NCBI RefSeq assembly: GCF_030028105.1
Contig: NC_092383.1
Span: 97,053,604 to 97,117,603, forward strand
Direction: 5' to 3'
From: Mobula birostris
Taxonomy: Eukaryota
DNA: 64,000 nucleotides
Shown here: in pieces, positions 13,555 to 25,132 of the stretch
How the letters are laid out: each line of letters starts with the position of its first letter
Position numbering within the stretch: position 1 is the first letter of the stretch
Made by a program: the position numbers and the translations under genes
The notes under the pieces: generated by a model
Seen by the model: the letters and a program-made list of their open reading frames with translations, nothing else
What the model was told of the DNA's origin: nothing
The model's database searches: none

Positions 13555-13900
13555 TCCATGAGATTCTGCAGATGCTGGAAATCCAGAGCAACACACACAA
13601 AATGCTGAAGGAACTCTGCAGCTCAGGCAGCATCTATGGAGAGGAAGACCCTTCTTCAGAATTGGAACTGAGGGGGGAATACCACAGATAAATAGATCGA
13701 GGTGGTGGTCGGGGATGGAGGACTAGCTAGAGGAGACAAGTGAACCCAGGTGTGTGGGAAAGGTAAAGAACTGGAGAAGAATGAATCTGACAGGAGAGGA
13801 AACAGACCATGGGAGAAAGGGAAGAAGGAGGGACAGCAGGGGGAGCTGACAGGTGGCTGAGGAAAAGACAGAAGAGGCTAGAGTGGGGAATGGAAAACAT
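13555..13900. mobile_element. Penelope-like terminal fragment
   Basis: TGCAGATGCTGGAAATCCAGAGCAACACACACAAAATGCTG... motif related to the ends of the elements at 22961 and 36617. Confidence 0.55.
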
Positions 13901-15956
13901 AGTGAGCCAAATGACTGACAGTGTCAGATCCAGCCACAGTTCTACAGTTCCGGTTATTCCTGTGGCCATGTCACCTTTCAGGATGTTGGCTTGAGAAAAT
14001 GGACAGAAAAGCCCTGAATAACCAAATATGCAGCTGGGGTCTTTGTGAAAGCAATGGCTGGAGGTGTTGGCCCTTCAGCCTTGATGGTAACTGGGAAGCT
14101 GCGTTCTCCCTGATGGCTGAGAGGGTTGTGTCCCTGACCCTGAACTGATGAATTATGGTGGTGGGGGTGGGGGAACCTGCTGCTGGCGGTCCCACTGGAG
14201 GCTTTTGCAGAGAGGGTCTTCATTTCTAACCTCCAACCCTTGTTGCTGGTGAGTTCCTCCTCCCCCAGCTGTCTCTTCTGGGGGTTTGGTTTCCCCCCCA
14301 AATCCTGCTCAGACTTCGGGAGAACTTCCTTCACCGTGGTTTTCCTTTCCAGCACCAGCTGTTCATGTACCTAGAACGGGAGGACGTCACTGGGGAGCAT
14401 GGTAGCTCCAAATCAAATTCAAAATCAAATCAAATCAAGATTAATTATCATTCAAACCATACACAGATACAGCCGAAGAGACAGTTCCTCTGGGGCCATG
14501 GGATAAAACATTCAAAATACAAAGCAAACTTCAAAGTAGCAACGAACATTCAAAATAGCAAGGAACAGCTTGCAAAGAAGCAGACTGACTCAAAAAATAA
14601 AACATATATGTAGTCCGAGTCCCTCAGAGACAATGTCCGGCAATCGATGGTACGGTCTCCCGGCAGTGTGCAGACGCATGCCATCCAGCCTGTCGTTCCA
14701 CCACTCGAACACTGACGGGGAGTAACGATGGGAGAGGTCAGGTCCCAGCCAACCACAGACACCATGCTGTAGTGATTCTTTATCTCTCACCTGGTCTGCA
14801 ACAGCAGGCAAGCTCGAGGCTTGAGGCCTCATCCTCGCTACAACTGCCCCTTTACACTGGGGTCCTGGGGTGGAGAGTATTGTACAGAGCTGTACCGTGC
14901 AACAGATTCCTAAGCCAGTTTCTGGGCACCCACGCTGTTTTCCCTTTCTGTGGCTGGGATGAGTCTGTGTATCAGTCTGTGGACTCCTCCCGTTTTGACT
15001 CCACTTCAGCCTCGCGAGTGGTGGTGGGCGGTTCAGGGCATCTCCTGGTCCGTTTGCTTGTGTCCTTCCCAAGTTGCCCATTCAAGGTTCCAGTTGGTGG
15101 GCAGTCGATGGCTCTGCAGAAACCAACTGTCAACCTCGGACTGGCCACCAGAGGGAGGCAGAGATGAGAAGGCCAACTCCTTCCTGCCCACCTTATTCGC
15201 TTATCTTAGTTCATTGTTATCAGCTGTGCCTTATATTTGCAGTCCGATTTTAATGCCTGGTCCTTTGCTTCTTTGTTCAGTCTGAGAATCTTTTGATTGG
15301 TTTGCTGTTCATCACCATATTAATCTGTCTCTGCTTACAGCGAGGGTGAATCTTTCGCTCCAGATCCCAGCACTGTCTCTGTGACTGACTCCCCATTCTG
15401 ACACTTTGTTTCCCCGCTCAGAATGTGTCCCATCACCAGACTGGAATTAACTTCCTGGTTCCACCCCGATCTGTGTGTTAATCAGTGGCTCTGTGGTGGA
15501 GAGGCTGTGTACCCAGGATCTGAACAGTGCCAGTTTCACCAGACAGTCCCAGTCTGGGTCTGTGTCGATCACAGTCCCAGGGCTGCTGCTCTTGGACCAG
15601 ATTCCGGCTGGTCCGGGTGGGACACACTCAGGTGTCCAAGGGACATTGGGGCCAGTTACAACAGTGACAACAGTTGTGAACTGGAGAGAATTGCTGGGCT
15701 ACAGGAGCATAAATAGGATACTGGGGATTTCTTATGGAAATGTGTGGGGCGTGGTCGGGAAAGAGGGCACAGAATAGTTGGGAACTTCCTCCAGCAGCAA
15801 CTGACTGAACTGAATGCTGAGGGAAGGGTTAAACAGGTGGGTGGAAATGATTTGAGACAGGCCTAAACCATATTTGGGACTGTCAGAGACAGTGGACAGA
15901 TCGAGTGTTCATAAAGACCTCTTTTGCTCATCTTTCATTTCTTCATCCAACCTCAG

Positions 15957-16244
15957 AGCCGGTGTCAGGAACACACATCACAGTTCAGAACATCACTGGG
16001 ACCTGTGAGCTCACCCTGACCTGCTCTGTGACCTCTGGTGACCACACCAGCTTCAGATGGTGGAGGGGAGGAGAAGCTGTGGTGAACGACAGAACCCATC
16101 ACCTCTGGGGACACGGAGAGACACTGAAGGTTCATCACACCGCAGAGAGCGAAGCTGTTGTGTACAGATGTGAGGCCAGGAATCCCGTCAGTGTGGACAC
16201 AGCTCAGATCCGGCTGGGGGATGTCTGTAAACTGGACAAGTCTG
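15957..16244 (+). CDS. Gene 1: IgC2 exon with four Cys (SLAM-type)
   Basis: Acceptor cctcag, donor G|gtgagt, 288 nt, phase 1-1; splice gives LEVY-EPVS; TCELTLTCSV...FRW...YRCEARNPVS...DVC. Confidence 0.92.
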
Positions 16245-16274
16245 GTGAGTGTCTGGGGCAGGAATTGGAATTAT

Positions 16275-17160
16275 AATGTTGAAAGTAAATTTATTATGGA
16301 AGTACAAATATGTCACAATATACAACCCTGAGATTCATTGTCTTGCAGCTTTCTAAATAAATCCTAACAGAATCAGTGAGAGACTGCACCAACTGGGTGT
16401 TCGACTAGTGTGTGAAAGAGAACAAACTGCAAATACAAAATGAAAGAAGCAGTAATAATCACTATAAATAAGCAATAAATATCGAGAACATGAGATGAGT
16501 CCTTGACAGTGAGTCCATAGGTTGTGGGAACAGTTCAGTGACAAGGCTAGTGAAGTTTATTGAAGTTATCCCCTTTGTTTGAAGAGCCTTGGTGGTTGAG
16601 GGGTGGTAACTGTTCCTGAACCTGGTGGTGTGAGTCCTCAGGCTCTGTACCTTCTTCCTGATGGCAGCAGCAAGAGGTTTGCGTGACAGTGGATGTGGCG
16701 ATCCCTGATAATGGTGCTGCTTTCCAGCAACAGTGCCCTGTGTAGATGTGCTCAAATGTGGAGGAGACTTTACACAGGATGGAGTGAATCATATGCACTA
16801 AGATTTTCCCATCAACAGCATTAGTATCTCCATAGCAGGCTGTGATGTAGCCGGGCAAGGTAGTCTCCATTGCACCTCATAAATGTTTGTTAAAGTTTTC
16901 GATGTCATGCTGAATCTCAACAAACACCTGTGGGAGTCAAGGTGCTGCCGTGCTTTCATCATAAACGCAGCTACGTGCTACTCCCAGGACCGGCCTCTGA
17001 AATTATAACACAAAGGACTTTGAAGTTGATGTTCTTTGCCCCCTCTGATCCTCCGATGTGGGCTGGCAATTGAACCTTTGCTTTTCTCCTCCTGAAGGCA
17101 ACAATCAGCCCCCGAGTCTTGCTGACATTCAGTAGGAGAAGGTGGTGTTTCCCTGACCAG
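16275..17160 (-). mobile_element. Rex1/Babar-type LINE RT relic
   Basis: Reverse ORFs LNVSKTRGLIVAFRR and ETTLPGYITACYG...THTTRFRNSY resemble the RT at 31790-32497. Confidence 0.75.
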
Positions 17161-17383
17161 GATAGTGTGTAATGAGACACTAGCATAATCCAGTATCTGA
17201 CTTGTAGCTCGGCAGGGTATGATTGGATTTAGAGAGTTTTACTTAGTACTTAATCCCTGCCCTGGACGTTTGTGATGGGACAGTGATGTCCATGGGTTTG
17301 TGATGTTAGTCAGTGTTGGGAGGGTGGGGCTGGAGAAGGCCTGGTACCGTCTCTATAATCCGCGATCCTCTCTCTTTCGCCAG

Positions 17384-17482
17384 CGGAGAGAAGCTGCCTC
17401 TGTGGATGTCGGCTGAGGGCCACAGTCATTGCCGTCCTGCTCCTGATTCTCTTCTCAGTCACAGTCGCCGTACACGTCATCA
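17384..17482 (+). CDS. Gene 1: stalk + transmembrane exon
   Basis: Acceptor ctctctttcgccag, donor A|gtgaga, 99 nt, phase 1-1: AERSCLCGCRLRA-TVIAVLLLILFSVTVAVHVI. Confidence 0.85.
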
Positions 17483-17611
17483 GTGAGAACTGTTTTTGTG
17501 TGTTTCCAGTGAAAATCTGCTGTTCTGAAGGGTAGTGTCAACAGTGAGGGGTGGATTCAGCCCGGTGTTTAAAATCCCTGTTTTGGTCTCTCAATCCCAC
17601 CCCCCTGTGAC

Positions 17612-19748
17612 TGTCGTAAAGGGGCGTTGGGGGCGGCCCCAAACGCAAGACACAGACGCTGAAGTACTAGGAACAGGACAACGTTTATCAAGAAAGCAAG
17701 GGGAGTCAGGAAGAAACGACACTGGACATGGACACAGACCCTGGACAAGACATATGGACAGGACAAGAACACAAAGCATTAACTTGGATAGAACGAGGTT
17801 CTTGGACTAGGCTTAGAGAAGACGAGGTTCTTGGACGTGGCTTAGACTAAGGACTCCTGGACTGGATGAGGGAACTCCAGCACTGGGCTAGTCAAGGTAC
17901 TCTAGGGCTGGACGAGGTACTCCGGGGCTGGGCGAGGTACTCTGGGGCTGGGCGAGGGAACTCCAGCACAGGATGAGGAATCTCCAGCACAGGACAAGGA
18001 ATCTCCAGCACAGGGCTGGGAGAGGTAATCCTGTGCTGGAGTTCCCTCGTCCTGTCCAGGAGTTCCCTTGTCCAGTCCATGTCTAAGAACATCATCTAGT
18101 CCAAGCCACGTCCAAGAACCTCATCTTTTCTAAGCCTAGTCCAAGAACCTTGTCCTGTCCAAGTCAAGGCTTTGTCCTGTCCAGTCCATGTGTCTCATCC
18201 AGGGTCTGTGTCCATCCGCAGCATCGTTTCTTTCTGACTCCCCTTGCTTTCTTGCTAAACCTTGTCCTGTTCCTAGTACTTCAGTGTCTGTGTCTTGCAT
18301 TTGGGTATGCCATGAATGCCCCTCTTATGACAGAACAGCCCAGCCATACATGGACCCAGCAACGCAGACAGTGTCATTTAACTCTCTCCATTCTGGGTTC
18401 CCTCTTGTTGAATATCCTCCCCACCCGCCCGGGTCGTCCATAGTCCAGGAAAGCCTGTTAGGCTCCCATAAGGAAGGGTGGGTACTGTCATGGTCCGGTC
18501 TGTGAAGTCTGCATTCTGGTTCACGGTCCAGTCCATCGATTCCTTATTCCGGGTTTTCCTGTTTCCCCTTGTTCCACTGAGTGCCTTAATTGAGGCACCT
18601 GATTCTCGTTTTGGGCTGGCATATAAATACCTCTCAAACCAAGGATTCCTGGCTGGACTGTTCCCTTCCCCTTCTTTCTGAAGCCTCGCCTGCATCCCTG
18701 TCAAGTTCAACTGCCGGAGTGAGACCGGAGCCTTGCCATGCCAAGATAAGGAACTATCTATCGCTGAGTTTGGAACTATCTCTTTGTGTCCCCGTGTTTA
18801 GTGTTCGTGTCAAAGAAGAGTCCCGGCCCTAGGTCCTGTTCCCAAGGAGGGGTCCTGACTCTGTGTAAAGCCCCAGCCCTAAGTCCTATTACTGAGGAGG
18901 GGTCCTGGCTCTGTGTTCTGTGTTCCTGTGTTCCAAGTTCTAGGCACCATGTTCCAGTCCTGTCCAAGTCAAGGCTTCGTGTTCTCGTCCTGTCCATGTC
19001 CCTCGTCCAGTCAAGAAGTCCCTCGGCAAGTGTCCTCGGCAGTCATCCCAGCCTTGCGTCCTAGAAAGGGTTCTGGCCCTGTGCTCCAATGAGGAGCCCA
19101 GGCTCCGTACCCAAGAGCCTAACCAAGCTGAGTCCAAGAGCCGAGCCAAACCTAGTCCAAGAGCCACGTCCTGCCCTGGAGTATCTTGTCCAGTCCACGT
19201 CCAAGGCTCTGAGCGTCCAGTTCAAGTCCAAGGCTCTGTGTTCCTGTGTTCCAGTGTTCCAAGACCAAGTCCAGGCACCATGTTCCAGCCCTGTCCAGAT
19301 CTGAGCTTCATGTCCTCATCTAGTTCCGGTTCCTCACCCAACCCAGGAGTTCCTCTCCCAGCCCGGTGTTGGAGATTCCTCATCCTGTGCTGGGGTACCT
19401 CATCCTGTCCTGGAGCCACGTCCTGACCTTGCCAAGATCCTAGTCCCGAGTCCTAGCCTAGACCCGGGTTCCGATTCTGAGTCAAGACCCAGGTTCCGAG
19501 TCTCAACCAAGACCCAGGTTCCGGGTCCTTGTCCAGGCTCCTCATTACTAGTTCCCCATTTGGATCTCGTGTTTCTATTCCAAGTCCTAGCCCAGGCCGT
19601 GAATCCTAGTCTCGCCCAGGGCCTGTGTCAATGTCCAGCATCGTTTCTTCCTTACTCACCTTGCTATCTCAATAAACATAGTCCAGTTCCTAGTACTTCA
19701 GTGTCTGTGTCTTGCATTTGGGTCCGCTCCCAAAGCCCCCTTATAACA
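17612..19748 (+). mobile_element. Miniature Gypsy-type LTR element (LTR - 153 bp internal - LTR) with an inverted LTR piece at its left end
   Basis: Complete LTR 18486-19748 (TGTCA...AATAAA...ACA) preceded by purine tract AAGGAAGGGTGGGTAC; 18030-18332 is a direct copy of the LTR 3' end and 17612-17885 an inverted copy; internal part begins ATGGACCCAGC (MDPA). Confidence 0.7.
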
Positions 19749-20211
19749 CTGACTCTGAATCCCATCCACCTCCACTGTCCCAGATCTCTCAATCTCTCCC
19801 ACCTCAGTTCTCTGAATCCCTCTTGTCCCAGACTCTGCACTCTTCATCCTTCACTCCTCATTTAATCCCACCGAGTCTAACAGAGACCAGGGGTTTGGGA
19901 TAAGGTCAGAGGGATGGTGGAATGTGGAGATTGGGAACATGCAGATATGCAGTTCTAAAGAGGAAGATATGAAAATAGGGAAGGGGGAGATGTAAAATCC
20001 GGGACAATATGAGATACAAACCACAAGGGGGGATATGGAGACTTGAGACTTTTCATTGAGACTGGGAGAGGGAGAGAGTTTTCTTCCAGATCAGACAAGA
20101 GAGACCACATGACATTGCCCTCAGTGAAGGGGTCCTAGTGTGATGAGAAAGGAATTGAAACCTCAGACCCCTCACAGGGTGAACTGACCTCTCTCCTCTG
20201 TCCCCCCACAG

Positions 20212-20261
20212 GCTCCCATCCAGGCACCGGAGCAGAAGGCAGACTCCACAAGGCTGAATGA
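20212..20261 (+). CDS. Gene 1: probable terminal cytoplasmic exon (16 aa, no Tyr)
   Basis: Strong acceptor ctctcctctgtccccccacag; phase 1 gives SSHPGTGAEGRLHKAE-stop. Confidence 0.6.
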
Positions 20262-20269
20262 CTCCCCGT

Positions 20270-20960
20270 CACCTCTTCCCTTCTCCCCATCCCCATCATC
20301 CTCTTCCTCTCCACTCCTCCCTCCTCATTCCTCTCTTTCCCTTCCCTCCCTCTCCCTACCTGCCTCTCCTGTCTCCTGTTCTGACCCCCCACCACTACAC
20401 ACAGATGGGTGGGTCGGTTGAATGGAAGGCAGAGGGGATGAGGTACGGAATACGGAGGGAGGAAGGCAGAGGGACAGTTGGGGGTGGGCAGTGGAGGAAG
20501 GGATTTCAAAGGTCAGAGGGAAGGAGAGGAGGCAGGAGAGTGGAGAGGAGGGAAAGGTATGGAGTGTGGATGGGGAGAGGTGTGAGGATACTCGGAGTGA
20601 TCGAAGGGGCAAGAGAAGGAGAGCATGAAATCTGGGGGGGAGGGGGAGGGAGGGAAGAATATACTGGGAGGGGTAGCAGGGAGGGTGGGCAGAGTGAGGG
20701 AAGGCAGGAGGCAGAGAAAGGAGTGGGTTCGTCGGGGAAGCACAGGGGATCTGAGGTGGTGAGATACACGGACCTGGAGCAGAGCAGGTGAGACACAGTG
20801 AGAGGACGACAGGGGAGCTGGTGCAGGTGAGAGACAGATTGGGGCAGTTGGGAAGATGGGTGGATTTGGAGATTGGAGGAAAGAGAGGAAGGGAAAATAA
20901 AGGAGTGGGATTTGAGGGTGGTGAGATAAAGGGACTGTAGAGTGAAACCAGTAGGGGAGA
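20270..20960. repeat. Pyrimidine-rich then purine-rich low-complexity tract
   Basis: CT-rich 20270-20390 followed by a GA-rich run; explains the spurious Pro/Gly-rich ORFs. Confidence 0.8.
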
Positions 20961-21199
20961 ATGATGCAGGATTAGGACCGGAGGAAGCCTGTGCCTGCCC
21001 ATTTATTTTGGGAAACTATGGAACCATTCCTTGAAACAAAAGGACTGCAAGACCTTTCCCAAAGGATGGCACAATATCCCTGCAGCTGCCAAGCAACACT
21101 GATCGTTCTGTGGGGAGACGGGAATCTGCAGATGATGGAATCTGAAGCAACAGACAATCTGCTGAAGAAACTCAAAGGTTGGCCAGAATTTGTGGAAGG

Positions 21200-23070
21200 A
21201 AATGAACTGTCAACATTTCGCGATGAGACCCTTCACCAGACTGATAGAGAGAGAGTGGTCAATATAAAGAGAGAGTGGGTGGAGGAGATGACATGTGGAT
21301 CCAGATTATTGGATGATAGAACAAGGAGAGGAGAAGTGAAATAGTGAGGACGGCTGGGAGGTGACAGGTGGAGTGAGCAGATGAGGAGAGAGTGGGTGGG
21401 GACCTGGTGGGAGAAGTGGGGCGGATGGAGACATGGAGAAAGAAAAAGAGGGAAATAAATGGATTGATAGGTGGCAGTGAGTGTATGCTGGGTATAGGAG
21501 GAACTGGGAAGATTAGGTGGGAGAAAGAAAAGGAACAGAGTAGGGGCAGTTTATCTGAGATTGGCATGTACATGATTGAATTCTCCATCGGGTTGTAAAC
21601 TACCCAGGCAGAATACAAAGTGCTGCTTCTCTAGTTGTGTTTGGCCTCATCCTGGCAGATGAAGAGGAGAAGGACATCCATGTCATTATGAGAACGGAGA
21701 CAGGAATTAAAATTGCTCAAATCTGTGAGCTCCAGATAGCACTGGTGGGTGGACTGCAAGTGCTGAGACTCGCCAATGCAGAGCAGCGCACAACAAGAGC
21801 ACTGAATGCTTCAGACAAGGTCAGAGGAGGGGCTTGTGAATGTCTGCCTCATCTGGAAGGTGATGAGGGAGGGAGGAGGTGTAGGGACAAGTATTACACC
21901 TCCTACAGTCACACAGCATCGTGTCTGGGGAGGGGGAGAGATGAGTGAGGTGGGGAATCATGGAGAGAGTGATGATATGGAAATCAGCAAGGGGTCAGGG
22001 AATTGGGGAGGTGGGGTAGTGTAGGGATCACGTTGCAGTTGACAGGACTGGTAGGTGATGTGCTGCATACCTGGGCTGGTTGGATGTAAGAACTCCCTCC
22101 CTGTTCTGTCTTGGCTGAGAGAAGGTGAGTTGAGATGTACAAGGGAGGAGATGTGGGTGCCCTCTGACAGAGTGTTGGTGGGTGGTGGGGGGGCAGTTCT
22201 TCAAGAAGGAGCATCACAGACATCCTGTAGTGGAAAGCCTCATCTCAAGTACAGTAGAAATCCACAAACTGCGAGAGCAATGGAGTCCGAACAAGGGACA
22301 TGCTGGAAGGAGGTGTGGTCTAGGTAGCTGTGGAAGTCAGTAAGTTTGAAGTAAATGTCTCCAGAGACAGAGGCAGTGATCAAGAAAGGGGAGAAAGGTG
22401 TCAGAAATAGAACAGGGGAATTTGAAGGGTTGGGATGGAAGTTAGTTGGGACATTAATGAAATTGCATTCCAGATCCATGCAGGAATTGTCACCTGTGCG
22501 GTTATCAATGAGGAAGAGTTGGGGAGAGATGTCTGGGTAGGTTTGGAAGAAAGTTCGTTTCATATAGCCAGAGAAAAGGCAGCCATAGCTGGGGCCAATT
22601 CCAGTGCCGTGGCTGCACATTTAATCTCCAGGCAACGACGTTGTTGACCGTGAGCACTCGTGCCTGGTGGAGGAGGGTGTTAGTCGAGGAGAACTGTCTG
22701 GATCTGTGTTTTGGAAAGAAATGGAAAGGCCTTACGCCTCCCTGATGGGGGATGTCAGTCCGGGGTGAAGGTGAGGCAGCGGAGGGCAGGGAATCTGAAG
22801 TTGTTGGAATGGTGGGGACTGTGAGGTATGCTGGATGTAGGTGGGTAGGTGGGTCTGTGGTGGTCTTCCCAGTTTCTCTGTAAATACCACACCTCTCTAA
22901 ATCTGAATAAAGCAAACTATCAGAGGCATGAGCTGTGAGATGGTTCCGGTAAAGTGGGAAACGACTTTCAAGCAACACACATCAAAGTTGCTGGTGAACG
23001 CAGCAGGCCAGGCAGCATCTCTAGGAAGAGGTACAGTCGACGTTTCAGGCCGAGACCCTTCGTCAGGACT
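21200..23070 (-). mobile_element. Penelope-like retroelement (RT + GIY-YIG), degenerate
   Basis: Reverse ORF 22240-22620 GTGIGPSYGCLF...IYFKLTDFHSYLDHTS (Penelope RT); terminal repeat CAACACACATCAAAGTTGCTGGTGAACGCAGC at about 22972. Confidence 0.8.
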
Positions 23071-23279
23071 CCAGACGTTCAAACGACTTTCAAAATAACT
23101 TCAAAATGTACAGTACAATCCGATGTTAAATTTAGCATCACGATGTTGATTTTCGTAGACTTCAGTTGCAATACATCGGAAAATGGTATTTGACAAATGT
23201 CGAATCTGATAATAATCAAACATTTAAATACCCCATGTAGTTTCTGTAGCAGTTACACTTCATTCTGCATTCTGTCGCG

Positions 23280-23760
23280 CAAGAGATTCTGCAGATGCTG
23301 GAAATATTCAGGAAAATCGCAGACAGGAGCCCGCACGACCGGGGCACTCAGATCGCCACAGATTGCCAGGTCGAAAGCACCTCTCTCCTTGGTCCGTGCC
23401 TGGCCGCACGGCCAGATGAGTTTGAAGGCTCCCGGTGCTCTCGCTGCTTCCCGCTTGAGTCGGCTACGTACCCGCGGTGCCGCTGCGCAGCTCAGTATGG
23501 AGGCGAGATGGCTGCGGTGTTCCGGGGCCGACTGAGGGTCTTTTCCTCAGCCTCGTTGTCGCGGGGCAGGGGGTCACAGGCCGGTAGGGCAGACTGACGG
23601 GAGGCTCCAGAGACGGCAGCTGCCGGAGGAGCTCAGCGGGACGGACAGCGCCCGTCCTTGCCGCTTCGCTGTCAAATCCCTTCGAGGAACGGCTGCTCTG
23701 GAGAGGTTTTACTGCTCTGTCCGCTGGGAGTTTTGTGAGACCCTCCCTCACTGTTCCCCT
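23280..23760 (+). promoter_or_regulatory. CpG-island-like segment with a candidate orphan first coding exon (23508-23583)
   Basis: Only strongly CpG-dense stretch of apparent host DNA; GAGATGG Kozak context, MAAVFRGRLRVFSSASLSRGRGSQA, then G|gtaggg. Confidence 0.5.
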
Positions 23761-23851
23761 TCTGTCATTTCTGACTGTACTCTATATTGGTTTCCTTCAC
23801 TTTCCTGTGTTTTCTTTCTTGTGGACTAATGGTGGGTGGGTGATCTGTTAA

Positions 23852-24860
23852 CACTGGGCAAAAAGAAATTTTCAAAGCTGTTGCTTCCTCAGAATTTTTT
23901 TTGTTTATGATAGACTGCTTGAAGATGAACACAAATATAATTTCAGACTATTTGTATCACGTAGGAATTTGGAGAAACAACAAATTAACTTTTATTGAAT
24001 ATAATGTGTTTAATTGCATAATGGTGCTGATGCTTTGCAATAGTTCAACTAAGTTAAAAATATTTTGTTGATGATATTCATTTGTACTCAGTGTCTGAGA
24101 CTTCTCACTTAAGTGTTCAACAATAATTCACCAGCATTGATGGATTCCAATTGCCCTAGTATCTGTTCTCCATGACCGCAATGTCCTGGTGAAACCTTTC
24201 ACCATGCTCGTCACTAACAGCACCAAGATTTGCAGGGAAGAAGTCTAAATGGGAATGCAGAAAATGAATCTTTAGTGACATGTTGCATTTCATGGTTTTA
24301 TATGCTTGAAGCATGCTTTCAACCAAGCTGCATGTAGTTTGGTGCTCTGTAGATGCCGAGAAAAATTTCAACAACTTCCTTAAATGCCTTCCATGTGATT
24401 TTCTCCGGTCCCACTCGAAATTCTTCAAATTGCCTGTCATTGATGACCTGTTTGATTTGTGGACCAACAAAAATGCTTTCCTTAATCTTGGCATCAGTTA
24501 TTCTGGGAAGCATCTGTCTCAAATATCAAAATCCTTCATAGAAATTTTTGTGCCTGGTGATAGCAAATTCCATCCTTACAGTCCTGAACCCAATAACTAT
24601 TACTAAAACCTGCCCTGCCATGCAGCAGCTGCGCCGCCTAAGCATGCCCAAGCATACCTGGACAAGATAGGAAACTTTCCAGCTTACATTGTAGGCAACA
24701 TTTTAATTGACTTGAATTATGAATTGAAATAATAAACATAAGTTTATTTTAAAAATGGTGCGTGATAGGGAAATTTCATGGTGATTTTCATGATCAGTAG
24801 CCCAAAATTCATAAGATACACCTAAAAGTATTCAGGAAGCAACATCTTTGTTTTCCACTG
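23852..24860 (-). mobile_element. Chapaev3-type (CMC superfamily) DNA transposon, internally deleted
   Basis: Termini CACTGGGCAAAAAGA / TCTTTGTTTTCCACTG, TAA on both flanks; transposase C-terminus KIKESIFVGPQIK...MSLKIHFLHSHLDFFPANLGAVSDEHGERFHQDI. Confidence 0.8.
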
Positions 24861-24884
24861 TAATTTTTGTGTGAGAGAGAGGTT

Positions 24885-25090
24885 GGGGGTTTGTTACTAC
24901 TGTGCCTGTTTGTTTCTGCGAGTGAGGGGTTCGGGGACTGTTACTGTGGCTGTTTGTTTCTGCAAGAGGTTCGAAGACTTATTGTGGCTGTTTGTTTCTG
25001 CAAGTGAGGGGTTCGGGAACTGTTACTGTGGCTGTTTTTCTCTCTAAGTGAGAGGTTCGGGGACTGTTATTGTGGCTGCTTTTTCCTGTG
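24885..25090. repeat. Minisatellite, about 44-bp unit, about 5 degenerate copies
   Basis: Unit GAGGGGTTCGGGGACTGTTACTGTGGCTGTTTGTTTCTGCAAGT. Confidence 0.85.
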
Positions 25091-25132
25091 GGGGAGGGGG
25101 GATTTTGGGGTCTGTGAGTCTTGTTTCTTTTT

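Noticed and set aside
20135-21002. Pro-rich and Gly/Arg-rich ORFs
   Set aside because: Produced by low-complexity GA/CT sequence; no domain or splice support.
24885-25090. Regular repeats superficially like a CRISPR array
   Set aside because: Contiguous minisatellite with no unique spacers, in eukaryotic DNA.
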